Source of the DNA: an uncultured Muribaculaceae bacterium
Lineage (GTDB): Bacteria; Bacteroidota; Bacteroidia; Bacteroidales; Muribaculaceae
NCBI GenBank assembly: GCA_947627615.1
Contig: CANQWS010000005.1
Span: forward strand, 26,504-90,503
Direction: 5' to 3'
DNA length: 64,000 nt
In this document: positions 46,808-59,163 of the stretch, in pieces
How positions within the stretch are numbered: position 1 is the stretch's first letter
Layout of the letters: every line of letters begins with the position of its first letter
Position numbers and translations under genes: made by a program
The notes under the pieces: generated by a model
The model's database searches: none
The model's input: the letters and a program-made list of their open reading frames with translations, nothing else
Told to the model about the DNA's origin: nothing

Positions 46808-48282
46808 TCAAAACCGTTCTTGGTGTCCTTCACATCGAATCCTATGGCCGAAAGACGGTCACGGATCAGGTCGCTCGTGGCCCAGTCCTTGCGTTTCTTG
46901 GCCTCGGAGCGGATTTCCATGAGCAGGTCAACGGCGTCCTCAAACGGTTTCATGGCGGCTTTGCCGTCATTGTCGGCTCCTGCGTTCTCGGCTTTTATTC
47001 CGAGAATTTCTATCAGGAAGGTGTCAAACAGCCGGCGAAGGCCCTCTATGTCGTTTTTAGAGGCCTTCAGCTGCCCGTCGTTGATCTTGTTGACAATCGA
47101 GCAGGCCTCGAAGAGATGTGCCAGCAGAACGGGCGTATTCATGTCGTCGTCCATCGCCTCGTAGCACTTAGCTTCGAACTGCGCCACATCCACATTGTCG
47201 GTCTCTGATTCGGCCTTGAGGTTCTGCAGCCTCCGGTAGCCCTCGAGCATGCGCTGCAGCGCTTTTTCGGCGCCCTGAAGAGCTTCGTTGCTGAAATCCA
47301 CGGTGCCGCGGTAGTGGGCCTGAAGGATGAAGAAGCGGATGGTCATCGGCGAATAGGACTGTTCGAGCAGAGGATGCGAACCGGTGAAGAACTCGTCGAG
47401 AGTGATGAAGTTTCCGAGCGATTTACCCATCTTCTGGCCGTTGATGGTTATCATGTTGTTGTGCATCCAGTAACGCACGGAATCATGATGGTTGTGGGCC
47501 ACGGACTGGGCTATCTCGCACTCGTGGTGGGGGAATTTCAGGTCCATTCCGCCTCCGTGGATGTCAAACGGCGAGCCCAGATATTTCTCGCTCATGGTGG
47601 AGCACTCCAGATGCCAGCCGGGGAATCCGTCGCTCCAGGGCGAAGGCCAGCGCATTATGTGTTCCGGCGAGGCTTTTTTCCAGAGGGCGAAATCGGCGGG
47701 GTTGCGCTTCTCCTGCTGGCCGTCGAGCGAACGGGTGGCCGACAGCAGCTCGTCGATGTTTCTGCCCGAGAGTTTTCCGTAATGGAAATCGGCATTATAG
47801 CGCGGCACGTCGAAATAGACCGATCCGTTGCTTTCGTAGGCATAGCCGGCGTCAAGAATCCCCTTGATGTATTCTATCTGCTCTATTATATGGCCCGAGG
47901 CATGCGGCTCTATCGAGGGCGGCAGCACGTTGAGCCGCTCCATGGCGTGATGGTATCGGTTCAGATAGTGCTGCACCACTTCCATAGGCTCGAGCTGCTC
48001 CAGACGTGCCTTTTTGGCTATCTTGTCCTCTCCCTCGTCGGCGTCATGCTCGAGGTGACCTACGTCAGTGATGTTTCTCACATAGCGCACCTTGTAGCCG
48101 AGATGGGTCAGATAACGGAACAGTATGTCGAAGGTGATGGCCGGGCGGGCGTGGCCCAGATGGCCGTCGCCATACACGGTAGGACCGCAGACATACATGC
48201 CTACGCGGCCCTCATGTACCGGCCTGAAGGTTTCTTTCTGGCGGGAGAGGGAGTTGTAGATGGTCAGATTGTTGGGTTTCAT
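46789..48282 (-). CDS. cysS: Cysteine-tRNA ligase
   Basis: [24 protein letters not shown]. Confidence 0.97.
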   Translation of the reverse strand: MKPNNLTIYNSLSRQKETFRPVHEGRVGMYVCGPTVYGDGHLGHARPAITFDILFRYLTHLGYKVRYVRNITDVGHLEHDADEGEDKIAKKARLEQLEPMEVVQHYLNRYHHAMERLNVLPPSIEPHASGHIIEQIEYIKGILDAGYAYESNGSVYFDVPRYNADFHYGKLSGRNIDELLSATRSLDGQQEKRNPADFALWKKASPEHIMRWPSPWSDGFPGWHLECSTMSEKYLGSPFDIHGGGMDLKFPHHECEIAQSVAHNHHDSVRYWMHNNMITINGQKMGKSLGNFITLDEFFTGSHPLLEQSYSPMTIRFFILQAHYRGTVDFSNEALQGAEKALQRMLEGYRRLQNLKAESETDNVDVAQFEAKCYEAMDDDMNTPVLLAHLFEACSIVNKINDGQLKASKNDIEGLRRLFDTFLIEILGIKAENAGADNDGKAAMKPFEDAVDLLMEIRSEAKKRKDWATSDLIRDRLSAIGFDVKDTKNGFEWNVKQ

Positions 48283-48309
48283 CGCTTCTGGAGTGTCTGC
48301 AGTCCGGTA

Positions 48310-48645
48310 TCAGGCTTTGCCGCCCATGATGAACGGGTTGGGGAGCTCGCCCGGATTGTTCTGCGTGGGATTGTTTTTGGGCATTCTGGGCTTGATTTCG
48401 CCGAAGGTGGCTTCATATTTTCTCACGTTCTCGTTGAGCGCCATGAGAAGGTTCTTGGCGTTCTCGGGAGTCATGATTATGCGTGACTGCACCTTGGCCT
48501 GCGGCATGTTGGGCGCGAGTGCGATGAAGTCAATGAAGAATTCGGCCGGGCCGTGGGTGATGAACGCGAGATTGGAGTAGGTGCCTTTGGCTACGTCGGG
48601 TGTCAGTTCGATTTTGATTTCGTTCTGGTTATTCTTATTTTCCAT
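48310..48645 (-). CDS. DUF3467 family protein
   Basis: GTYSNLAFITH..EFFIDF...SRIIMTPENAK. Confidence 0.85.
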   Translation of the reverse strand: MENKNNQNEIKIELTPDVAKGTYSNLAFITHGPAEFFIDFIALAPNMPQAKVQSRIIMTPENAKNLLMALNENVRKYEATFGEIKPRMPKNNPTQNNPGELPNPFIMGGKA

Positions 48646-49333
48646 AATTGTTGTCGTAAGGTGCGGGGAATTTATAAACGTTGTTCTGTTGGCTCTGATT
48701 GTTGAGATGGAGATGGATTTCCTTGTACTGGCTGTTGTTCACGAACGGACCCACGTTGATGCAGAGTGCCTGTGAAACACTCGAGGTCTTCTCGTTCTGG
48801 GCCTGGGTGTCGAGATACAGGTTGACTATTTCGCCGGTTGACTCGCTCTCGTTGATGAAGCAGCGCCATGTGCGGCTGCCGGCTTCTCTTACCTGCACCA
48901 GAAGATTGATGTAGTTGCCTGATTTGCCGCGGTTGCTCACGGTGAACGAGGGGTAGTCGAGCTTGCAGTCGGTGTCGGTGCCTGACTGGGGTGTGATTGT
49001 CTCGGCTTTGAGGGCTGCGGTCAGATTGACCTTCACGGGGAGGTCAATGTCCTGATTGCTCATCATGTTGTAGGTGATGTAGGCGCGGCTGCCGACGGGA
49101 TATTTGTCGGAGCTGATTTTGCCTCCGTGGGCTGCGTAAATGGTCACGGTCTTGCCGGCGGCTGTCACTACGGAGAAGTTTACGTTGTCAGTGGTAAATC
49201 CGTCGACGGTTACGAAATCGGCGCCGTTGACCTGAAATGAGCCGCCGTTGCTGTCATCGTCGCTCAGGCAGGAGGTTGCTGTGAATGCCATGAGGGTCAT
49301 GGCCAGAATGGAGAGTGTTTTTATCATTTTCAT
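48635..49333 (-). CDS. NigD-like surface lipoprotein (copy 3)
   Basis: Lipobox FTATSC followed by LSDDD; FVT..NF..GSRAYITY; GNYIN. Confidence 0.7.
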   Translation of the reverse strand: MKMIKTLSILAMTLMAFTATSCLSDDDSNGGSFQVNGADFVTVDGFTTDNVNFSVVTAAGKTVTIYAAHGGKISSDKYPVGSRAYITYNMMSNQDIDLPVKVNLTAALKAETITPQSGTDTDCKLDYPSFTVSNRGKSGNYINLLVQVREAGSRTWRCFINESESTGEIVNLYLDTQAQNEKTSSVSQALCINVGPFVNNSQYKEIHLHLNNQSQQNNVYKFPAPYDNNYGK

Positions 49334-49386
49334 ATCTGTACTGGTTTTCTTTGTGTTATTTTATCTGTATGTTTCCTCGTAGGGTG

Positions 49387-50079
49387 TTATTTGGTGAATG
49401 TGTAGGTCTTCGGAGTTTCCTCTTCGGCCGTGGCTATTGTCAGTGTCAGACCTGTTACTGACGGACGGTTCCACTGGCCGGAGATGTCGATCGATATGGG
49501 GTGGTCGGCGTTGAAGTGGTCGGGAGATTCAGAGTTGGCCGTGGAGTAGAGGAACAGTTTGGGTGTGGAGGTGCTCAGTGATTCCTCGGACACGAAGCAC
49601 TTGAATGTGCGTCCTTCAATCTTGGGCATGCGCAGAAGCATATTGATGTATTTGCCGGTGCGGTACGGAGCCATGGATATCTTGGCTGTGCTGGGTCCGG
49701 TAAGGCAATCCTTGAGGGGCGCGGACACTATTTCCGGCACTATGGCCTTGGTTATGGTCAATAGCTGGATGGTGGTGCTGAATGGGTCCGGGTTGTTGTC
49801 GAGCTTGGAATCGAGATTGTAGGATATGAACGTGCGGGTGCCGGGAGGGTAGTCCTTGGCTGCCGCCTGCGAGCTCTGGCTGCAGTGGATGTTGATGTCC
49901 TCATCCGAATTCTCGCGCTGTCCGATGAAGTTTATCGTGTAGTCGTTGATTGTTTTTACGGTTACAAAATTAAAGTACGGACCGCTCATTGAAGAATTGT
50001 CGTCATCATCGCTGCATGATGAGAGAGCTAGCGAGCATGCAGAAAGCAGGACTGCAAGTAATGATGCTGTTTTTTTCAT
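49387..50079 (-). CDS. NigD-like surface lipoprotein (copy 2)
   Basis: Lipobox LALSSC followed by SDDDD; FVT..NF..GTRTFISY; GKYIN. ATGA-coupled to copy 1. Confidence 0.7.
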   Translation of the reverse strand: MKKTASLLAVLLSACSLALSSCSDDDDNSSMSGPYFNFVTVKTINDYTINFIGQRENSDEDINIHCSQSSQAAAKDYPPGTRTFISYNLDSKLDNNPDPFSTTIQLLTITKAIVPEIVSAPLKDCLTGPSTAKISMAPYRTGKYINMLLRMPKIEGRTFKCFVSEESLSTSTPKLFLYSTANSESPDHFNADHPISIDISGQWNRPSVTGLTLTIATAEEETPKTYTFTK

Positions 50080-50741
50080 TTGGAGAAGGTGAATTTTGTA
50101 TAGTTTGGATTGTATGTGTTGTTGACGTTGATTTCTATGGCGCGCGTCGTGGGCAGATTCCACACCGGAGAGATGTCGATTGATCCTGTCTGGATTGAGT
50201 TGTAGGTGGGTTTATCTTCCTTGACGGTAGTGGTGAGATACATGCTGACCGTGGATGAGCCTACCGTAGCTTCATCGGCGGCGAGGCTGTAGTCGCGTCC
50301 GGCGATCTGAGGCATGGTGGCGGTGAAGTTTATGTAGCTCCCCGAGCGGGTCATCGTTTTCAGCCCTATCGGCGCGTTGAAGGCAATGGCGTCAGGGGAG
50401 GGTAGTGGAGTCACGGTGTCGGTGTAGATTGTCTGAATGCCGCGCAGAATCACGTCGTTGCAGTTTTGGCCATAATCGAATCCCTCGGGCAGGGAATAGG
50501 TCAGGAGCAGACGGGTGCCCTTCTTGACTCTTTCGTCCGTCAGATTCCCTTTCACTCCGAGGAACACCATGGGCGAATCGTCCGATTCCTGATACTCGAA
50601 GTTGGCCGTGGTCTCGCTGTTGCCCGCGAAAGTGACTATGTTCTGGAATATGGCGTAGGTGGGCCCGTCGTGGTCATCGCGGCATGACGTTGTCGCCAGC
50701 ATCAGGATGGCGATGGTTATAAGTGCGGGAAGCTGTCTCAT
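50076..50741 (-). CDS. NigD-like surface lipoprotein (copy 1)
   Basis: Lipobox LATTSC followed by RDDHD; [13 protein letters not shown]; GSYIN. ATGA-coupled to the ABC ATPase. Confidence 0.7.
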   Translation of the reverse strand: MRQLPALITIAILMLATTSCRDDHDGPTYAIFQNIVTFAGNSETTANFEYQESDDSPMVFLGVKGNLTDERVKKGTRLLLTYSLPEGFDYGQNCNDVILRGIQTIYTDTVTPLPSPDAIAFNAPIGLKTMTRSGSYINFTATMPQIAGRDYSLAADEATVGSSTVSMYLTTTVKEDKPTYNSIQTGSIDISPVWNLPTTRAIEINVNNTYNPNYTKFTFSK

Positions 50742-51415
50742 AGTTTCTCTGTGCGGGTTGTTATTTCGGTTATGGTTCCGTCGCGCATGGTTATGGTGCG
50801 GTCAGCCATGCCGGCCAGTGATTCGTCATGTGTCACAATCACGAATGTCTGCCCCATGTCGCGCCGAAGGTCAAAGAACAGGCGGTGGAGCTCTTCGCGG
50901 TTATGCGAGTCAAGGCTTCCTGAGGGTTCGTCGGCAAGGACCACCTTGGGGGAGTTGACAAGCGCTCTGGCCACGGCGCCGCGCTGGCGTTCGCCTCCCG
51001 AAAGCTGGGCCGGCTTGTGGTGGATGCGGTCCGACAGTCCGAGGTAATTGAGAAGCTTGCGTGCCTTTTCAAGTCCCGCGGTGCGTGAATCCCCTCCTAT
51101 GAATGCGGGCATGGCCACGTTTTCCTCCAGCGTAAATTCAGGCAGAAGCTGATGAAACTGGAACACGAACCCTATGTTGGTGTTGCGGAATCGCGCCTGC
51201 TGCTTTTCGTTGAGGCTGAAAATGTCTTTGCCGTCGAATCTGACAGTGCCTGAGTCAGGCTTGTCAAGCGAGCCCATGATTTGAAGCAATGTGGTCTTCC
51301 CTGCTCCGCTCGGGCCCACAATGGAGACTACCTCGCCGTTGTTGACGGTGAGGTTTATTCCTTTCAGGACCTGAAGACGGTCAAATGATTTGGTTACGTT
51401 GTTTACTTCTATCAT
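50738..51415 (-). CDS. lolD: LolD-like ABC transporter ATP-binding protein
   Basis: [39 protein letters not shown]. Confidence 0.85.
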   Translation of the reverse strand: MIEVNNVTKSFDRLQVLKGINLTVNNGEVVSIVGPSGAGKTTLLQIMGSLDKPDSGTVRFDGKDIFSLNEKQQARFRNTNIGFVFQFHQLLPEFTLEENVAMPAFIGGDSRTAGLEKARKLLNYLGLSDRIHHKPAQLSGGERQRGAVARALVNSPKVVLADEPSGSLDSHNREELHRLFFDLRRDMGQTFVIVTHDESLAGMADRTITMRDGTITEITTRTEKL

Positions 51416-51558
51416 TTCGGGGTGGCAGGCTGAGGTTTAAGGCCTGACGCATTAATCTGCAAAGATAGCTATTCCGCTTTCCTTTTCAAAAATAAGGTAC
51501 TTAAATAATGTTATATGCCGGTATGGCCTGACGGATATGGGCTGGTCTGATAGTTATT

Positions 51559-53391
51559 TTATTCTTTATCTATCTGAATATCAGATGGATGCAGCGCCGA
51601 ATACACTATGGAGGCTTTGGCGGGGCCTATCACTGACGCTATCTCGTCGAGATCGGCTTCGCCTATGCGTTTGACCGACCGGAATTTTGTCAGCAGCGCC
51701 GTGCGCGTTTTTTCGCCGATTCCCTTGATTGAATCAAGCGCCGACACTGTCTGCGATTTGCTGCGCCGGTTTCGGTGATGCGTGATTCCGAATCTGTGGG
51801 CCTCGTCGCGCATGTGCTGGACCACCCGCAGTGTCTCGCTGCTTTTGTCTATGTAAAGCGGAATGGAATCGCCCGGGAAATATATTTCCTCAAGTCTCTT
51901 GGCTATGCCCGCCACGGCTATGGTGCCGCGCAGTCCCATCCCCTCCAGTGCCTCTACCGCGGCCGAGAGCTGTCCTTTGCCGCCGTCCACCACAATGAGC
52001 TGCGGAAGTTCTTTGCCTTCGTTCATGAGCCGGGTGTAGCGGCGCGTCAGCACCTCTTTCATCGACGCGAAATCGTCAGGGCCAACCACTGTCTTTATGT
52101 TGAAGTGGCGGTAGTCGCTCTTTGACGGCTTGCCGTCGCGGAACACCACGCACGAGGCCACCGGATTCGTGCCCTGGATATTCGAGTTGTCGAAGCACTC
52201 TATGTGACGCGGCAGAACGGAGAGCCGGAAATCGGCCTTCATTCTTTCAAGCAGCCGGTTTGTGCGTTCTTCGGGATTGTGGCGCTCCAGATGTTTGAGC
52301 GCGTCAATCTTGTACTGCCGGGCGTTCTTTTCGGATACCTCAAGGAGCTTGAATTTGTCGCCGCGCTGGGGGATGATGAACGTCACGCCCTCCATCTCCA
52401 CGTCCGGTTCCTGAGCCGCCACAACTTCCTCGAATTCCACTCCGAGCTGGCTGCGGATTTCGTCCATGGCGTATCCGAGCAGCTGCGACGCGGTCTCGTC
52501 GAGCCGCCGCTTGTATTCCAGCGTGACGGATCTCACCACGGCGCCGCGGCGCACGTGCATATAGTTGATGAACACTTCCGCTCCCCCGTCGTCATCTATG
52601 CCGAACACGTCGACATCGCCTATGGTCTGGCTCACGATGACGCTCTTTGCGGTGTAGCGCTCAACCATGTCGTATTTCAGTTTCAGCTGATGCGCTTCCT
52701 CGAACCGGAGTTCCTCGGAGAGCTGCGCCATCTCGGAGCGCAGATGCTCCAGCAGCTCGTTCATGTCGCCGCGGAGAATCTGTTTGATGCGTTCTATCTG
52801 CGTGCCGTATTCTTCCTCGCTGATAAGTCCCGTGCACGGTCCGCTGCAGCGTTTCAGGTGATAGTCGAGACACAGGCGTCCCTTCCCTTTTGAGATGTAT
52901 TCCCGAGTGATGGCGTGGCGGCATGACCGCAGCTGATAGAGTACGCGGATAAGGTCCAGTACCGTGCGGGCCGAGGCCGTGTCAGTGTACGGTCCGTAAT
53001 ATTTGGAGCCGTCCTTGATTCGTTTTCTTGTCATGAACACCCTTGGATACGGTTCTTTGGTAACCACTATCCAAGGGTAGGATTTGTCATCTTTGAGCAG
53101 TACGTTGTAACGTGGCTGGTATTCCTTGATCATGGAGTTCTCGAGATTGAGAGCGTCCTGTTCGGTGGGAACCACGATGTATTTCATGTCGGCAATGGCG
53201 CGCACGAGCAGGTTGGTCCTGACTGAATCGTGGGTGCGGTTGAAATATGACGATACTCTCCGCTTGAGATTCTTCGCCTTGCCTACATATATGACATTAC
53301 CCTCCGAATCGTAGTACATGTACACGCCCGGAGTGGTAGGCAGAATTGAGATTTTTTCTTCGAGTTCGGCTGATTTTCTGTGCTTGGGCAT
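51559..53391 (-). CDS. uvrC: Excinuclease ABC subunit C
   Basis: GIY-YIG (PGVY...YVGKAKNL), IECFDNSN, RDEAHRFG, C-terminal HhH. Confidence 0.97.
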   Translation of the reverse strand: MPKHRKSAELEEKISILPTTPGVYMYYDSEGNVIYVGKAKNLKRRVSSYFNRTHDSVRTNLLVRAIADMKYIVVPTEQDALNLENSMIKEYQPRYNVLLKDDKSYPWIVVTKEPYPRVFMTRKRIKDGSKYYGPYTDTASARTVLDLIRVLYQLRSCRHAITREYISKGKGRLCLDYHLKRCSGPCTGLISEEEYGTQIERIKQILRGDMNELLEHLRSEMAQLSEELRFEEAHQLKLKYDMVERYTAKSVIVSQTIGDVDVFGIDDDGGAEVFINYMHVRRGAVVRSVTLEYKRRLDETASQLLGYAMDEIRSQLGVEFEEVVAAQEPDVEMEGVTFIIPQRGDKFKLLEVSEKNARQYKIDALKHLERHNPEERTNRLLERMKADFRLSVLPRHIECFDNSNIQGTNPVASCVVFRDGKPSKSDYRHFNIKTVVGPDDFASMKEVLTRRYTRLMNEGKELPQLIVVDGGKGQLSAAVEALEGMGLRGTIAVAGIAKRLEEIYFPGDSIPLYIDKSSETLRVVQHMRDEAHRFGITHHRNRRSKSQTVSALDSIKGIGEKTRTALLTKFRSVKRIGEADLDEIASVIGPAKASIVYSALHPSDIQIDKE

Positions 53392-53394
53392 GTG

Positions 53395-53913
53395 CTACTC
53401 GGCAATCAGGGAAGTCACCTCTGCTTCGGCGGGCAGCGCTTTGCGTCCGTCAAGGGCCGTTATCTCAAAGATGAAGTTGATGTAGATTTTCTTGGGGTTC
53501 ATGCTTTTCACCAGTTCATAGGTGGCAGCCATGGTTCCGCCGGTGGCGAGCACGTCGTCATGTATCACCACAATATCGTCTTCCGTGATGGCGTCGCGGT
53601 GGATTTCAATGGTGTCGGTGCCGTACTCTTTTTTGAACGAGCGGCTAACTGTGTCGGCGGGGAGCTTGCCCGGCTTGCGTGCCGGAACGAATCCGGCTCC
53701 GAGTTCGTAGGCCATGATGGAGCCTCCGATGAAGCCGCGCGATTCTATGCCTATGACCTTGGTGATTCCCTTGTCGCGGTAGAGATCCGAGAGAGTTTTG
53801 CCTATGATGTGGAGGGCTTTCTGGTCTTTGAGCGCTGTAGTAAGGTCTTTGAATATTACTCCCTTTACCGGGAAGTCATAGATGTTGCGCACTTTTGATT
53901 TTACGTATTCCAT
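53395..53913 (-). CDS. apt: Adenine phosphoribosyltransferase
   Basis: DFPVKGVIFKD, GIESRGF, ARKPGKLP, HDDVLATGGT. Confidence 0.96.
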   Translation of the reverse strand: MEYVKSKVRNIYDFPVKGVIFKDLTTALKDQKALHIIGKTLSDLYRDKGITKVIGIESRGFIGGSIMAYELGAGFVPARKPGKLPADTVSRSFKKEYGTDTIEIHRDAITEDDIVVIHDDVLATGGTMAATYELVKSMNPKKIYINFIFEITALDGRKALPAEAEVTSLIAE

Positions 53914-53961
53914 GATTTGTAAGGATGGTGGTTATGGTTTTGGATTTTAGTCTTTTGTCTG

Positions 53962-53977
53962 TGTTCCACGTGGAACA
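53962..53977. promoter_or_regulatory. parS centromere-like site
   Basis: Perfect 16-bp palindrome TGTTCCACGTGGAACA in the mnmG-apt intergenic gap; matches the known ParB-binding parS consensus family. Confidence 0.85.
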
Positions 53978-53987
53978 TTTCTCTTTC

Positions 53988-55868
<1,881 letters not shown>

Positions 55869-55940
55869 AAGCTGGTTTTGTCAATATAAAGAGACTTGAA
55901 ATTTGATCTGATTTTTTGTGTCCGACCTGTCGCTGACCGG

Positions 55941-56363
55941 TCAGAATTCCTCTTTGAGAAGCTCAAGAGCCTGGTCCTCATGCTGTTCCATAATCTCGCG
56001 CTCTCCGGGGCCTTTGTCGTCGATGCCGCACAGGTGCAGCAGGCCGTGCACTATAACTCTGTGTAACTCAGTCTGATATGCCGCTCCGACGGACTCGGCG
56101 TTGGTGCGCACGGTGTCAAGCGAAATGAACATGTCGCCGCTCACTCTCCGGCCGTGGGTGTAGTCAAAGGTGATTATGTCGGTGAAATAGTCATGGTTGA
56201 GAAACCGGCGGTTGACCTCAAGAATTTTCTCGTCGGAGCAGAAAATGTAGGTCATTGGTCCTATGATGCGGTTATGTCTGCCGGCAACCGCCTCGAGCCA
56301 TTGTCCGAGGCGTTCGGTGTCGATTTCCGGAAATTCGACCTCCTGCGAGGTCCACTGTATCAT
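55941..56363 (-). CDS. ybeY: rRNA maturation endoribonuclease YbeY
   Basis: NRRFLNHDYFTDIITF, VIVHGLLHLCGIDD. Confidence 0.95.
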   Translation of the reverse strand: MIQWTSQEVEFPEIDTERLGQWLEAVAGRHNRIIGPMTYIFCSDEKILEVNRRFLNHDYFTDIITFDYTHGRRVSGDMFISLDTVRTNAESVGAAYQTELHRVIVHGLLHLCGIDDKGPGEREIMEQHEDQALELLKEEF

Positions 56364-56718
56364 TTTGTCCATTGTCAATGATATTACTTGCAAAGATAAT
56401 TAAAATTTTGGTATTTTGCTGCATGACATCGCGCTATGGCCCGAATATGAATTTTTTGACATTTTTCGGGCAAGGGCCTGAAATTACGATAAATACCACA
56501 TAAACAATAAGATAATCCAAATTTGGCGCTCTGAGAATCGAAAATTCGCCGCCGGCTCGATAATCCATGCTGAATTTGCCGCTCTCGGAGGCCTTCATTG
56601 GCTCCCGTCCGCTCCCTCGCGCCGCAATTGTCGGTCTCCCCGATTTTTTGTTTGCTCAAATTCTTTGAAGTGAAATTTTTTGTGGCTACTTTTGTATGCA
56701 TAAGCCTAATCATACCAC

Positions 56719-57474
56719 ATGAACAAAATTTCAGCAACCATCCTCACCTTCAACGAGGCCTGGCGCATTGAAGCCTGCCTTGAGTCACTGCGTGATGTTG
56801 CCGATGAGATCATAGTAGTTGACTCCGGATCCACCGACGCCACCCTCGAAATCTGCCGCCGCTACGGCTGCCGCGTCATCCGGCGCCGGCTCGCCGGATT
56901 CGGAGCGCAGCGCCAGTACGCCACTTCGCTCGCCTCCCACTCCTACGTGCTCGCCATCGATGCCGACGAGGCCCTCTCGCCCGCCCTGAGGCAATCGCTG
57001 ATGAATCTCAAGAAAAACGGATTCGGCCACCGCGGCTACATGATGCCGCGTCTGAACTTTTTCTGTGGGTTCGCTGTAAGACATTGCGGATGGTATCCCG
57101 ATTTCCAGGTCCGTCTCTTTGACCGCCGCTATGCCTCGTGGAGTCTGCTCGACCTCAACGAGCAGGTGATATTCCGTGACGATGTGAAACCGCAGCTCCT
57201 TGAAGGCGACATTCTCCATTACCGCTGCGACACCACCCGCGAATATCTCTCCCGCCAGCTCAAGCAGGCCGAGATAAAAGCCCGGCGCATATCGGCCTCC
57301 GAGCGCGCAATCCGCTGCTGGGAACCATCCCTGCGCGGAGCCAGAGTCTTCCTCGGCTCCTATCTGATGCGCGGAGGCATTTTCGACGGAGCTGTAGGGC
57401 TCGCCATCAGCCACCAGAACTTCCTGGCGGAGCGTCACGCCTACCGTGTGGCCCGCCGTTTAAAAAAGAAATAA
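56719..57474 (+). CDS. GT2 glycosyltransferase (WaaE/KdtX-like)
   Basis: ISATILTFNE, VVDSGSTD, IDADE, WYPDFQVRLF. TACTTTTG promoter at 56687-56694. Confidence 0.92.
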   Translation: MNKISATILTFNEAWRIEACLESLRDVADEIIVVDSGSTDATLEICRRYGCRVIRRRLAGFGAQRQYATSLASHSYVLAIDADEALSPALRQSLMNLKKNGFGHRGYMMPRLNFFCGFAVRHCGWYPDFQVRLFDRRYASWSLLDLNEQVIFRDDVKPQLLEGDILHYRCDTTREYLSRQLKQAEIKARRISASERAIRCWEPSLRGARVFLGSYLMRGGIFDGAVGLAISHQNFLAERHAYRVARRLKKK

Positions 57475-57483
57475 TAGACCGTT

Positions 57484-59163
57484 ATGGACAACCCCATCAA
57501 TGTATATTGCGAAAACACCGCGTCAGTGGTCAGCGTCTCCGGCGGTGACTGCCTGCTCGCCGTGAGCCGTCAGCTCCGCGACCGGCTGGACTTCGAGCCC
57601 ATCTGTGCTCTTGTCAACAACAAGGTCGAAGCGCTCACCTATCCCGTCTATTCCCCCAAGACCGTGCGCTTCCTCTCGGCCGCCTCGTCATGGGGCAACC
57701 GCACCTACATCCGCTCGCTCTGCATGATGCTCTATCATGCCGTCAACACCATGCTCCCCGGAGCGCGCCTGCGCATCGAGCACTCGCTCTCCAACGGCTA
57801 CTACTGCCGCATCGACATAGGCGGGGAGCCGGTGACTTCGCCGCAGGTGGCCGGGCAGCTCGAAGCCCACATCCGTTCGCTCGTCGGCCGCGACCTCCCG
57901 TTCGTGCGCCGCGAAAGCCGCACGGCCGAGGTGATCGAACTGTTCCGCACGCAGGGTCTCGACGACAAGGTGCGGCTCCTTTCGTCGCTCCACGAACTCT
58001 ACACCGTATATTATACCCTCGACGGCCTCAGCGATTCCTACTACGGCCCCCTCGCTCCGTCCACCGGCAAGGTACCCGTGTTCTCGCTCCGGCCCTGCAA
58101 CGGGCAGGGCTACCTGCTCATGGGCCCCGACCACGCCGACCTGTCCCGTCCCGCCGTCCCGAGTCCCCAGCCCAAGATGTTCCAGGCCTTCACCGATTAC
58201 GTGGCCTTCAACACAATCGTGGGCATCAACACCGTCGGCGAGCTCAACGATGCCGTGGCCAAAGGGCAGACCCCCACGGTGATCAACGTGGCCGAAGCCC
58301 TCCACAACAACCGCATCGCCGCCATTGCCGACGACATCACCCGTCGCTTCCGCCGCGGCGAGGCCCGCGTGGTGCTCGTGGCCGGCCCCTCGTCGTCGGG
58401 CAAGACCACCTTCACCAAACGTCTCGGCATCCAGCTCATGACCAACCTGATTCAGCCGCGCATGATTTCGCTCGACGATTACTTCGTGGACCGCGAGCAC
58501 ACGCCCCGCGACGCCGACGGTGAATTTGACTACGAATCCCTCTACGCGCTCGACCTCGACACCTTCAACCGCGACATAAACGCCCTCATCGAGGGCAGGG
58601 AAGTGGAGCTGCCTTACTACAACTTCGCAACCGGCGCACGCGAGTACCGGGGCAACAGAATCAGCCTCGGCCCCGATTCAATCCTGCTCATCGAAGGCAT
58701 CCACGGACTCAACCCCGAACTCACGGCCCATGTCCCGGACCGCTTCAAATACCGCGTCTACGTATCGGCCCTGACCACCATATCCATCGATGACCACAAC
58801 TGGATTCCCACTACCGACAACCGCCTCCTGCGCCGCATAATCCGCGACGCCAAATACCGCAAGGTCGCCCCCGCCGAGACCATACGCCGCTGGCCGAGCG
58901 TGCGCCGCGGCGAGGAACGTTGGATTTTCCCCTACCAGGAAAACGCCGACGTCATGTTCAACTCGGCCCTGCTCTTCGAGCTCGGCGTCATGAAGGACCG
59001 CGCCGAGCGGCTGCTCCGTCAGGTGCCGCACGACGAGCCGGAATATGCCGAGGCCTCGCGTCTGCGCCGCTTCCTCGGCTACTTCAATTCCATTTCAGAG
59101 GAATTCGTGCCCTCCACCTCACTGCTCCGCGAGTTCCTGGGAGGCTCGAGCTTCAAATACTGA
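57484..59163 (+). CDS. Nucleoside (uridine/PRK-type) kinase fused to ThrRS-like N-terminal domains
   Basis: TGS-like start, HSLSNGYY (ThrRS N2-like), Walker A GPSSSGKTT, SLDDYF, IEGIH, RRIIRD. Confidence 0.85.
   Translation: MDNPINVYCENTASVVSVSGGDCLLAVSRQLRDRLDFEPICALVNNKVEALTYPVYSPKTVRFLSAASSWGNRTYIRSLCMMLYHAVNTMLPGARLRIEHSLSNGYYCRIDIGGEPVTSPQVAGQLEAHIRSLVGRDLPFVRRESRTAEVIELFRTQGLDDKVRLLSSLHELYTVYYTLDGLSDSYYGPLAPSTGKVPVFSLRPCNGQGYLLMGPDHADLSRPAVPSPQPKMFQAFTDYVAFNTIVGINTVGELNDAVAKGQTPTVINVAEALHNNRIAAIADDITRRFRRGEARVVLVAGPSSSGKTTFTKRLGIQLMTNLIQPRMISLDDYFVDREHTPRDADGEFDYESLYALDLDTFNRDINALIEGREVELPYYNFATGAREYRGNRISLGPDSILLIEGIHGLNPELTAHVPDRFKYRVYVSALTTISIDDHNWIPTTDNRLLRRIIRDAKYRKVAPAETIRRWPSVRRGEERWIFPYQENADVMFNSALLFELGVMKDRAERLLRQVPHDEPEYAEASRLRRFLGYFNSISEEFVPSTSLLREFLGGSSFKY

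Noticed and set aside
47314-48486. Long antisense ORFs (390 aa opposite cysS; likewise 9801-10793, 14419-15186, 54810-55787, 57688-58500, 59266-60225)
   Set aside because: Shadow ORFs expected opposite GC-rich, codon-biased genes; no motifs or expression signals.
56393-56718. oriC call for the ybeY-GT2 intergenic region
   Set aside because: No canonical DnaA boxes or clear unwinding element seen; kept only as a skew hypothesis.
59119-59163. 45-nt convergent overlap between the nucleoside kinase and AT3 genes
   Set aside because: Short tail-to-tail overlaps are common, and the overlapping residues look non-conserved.
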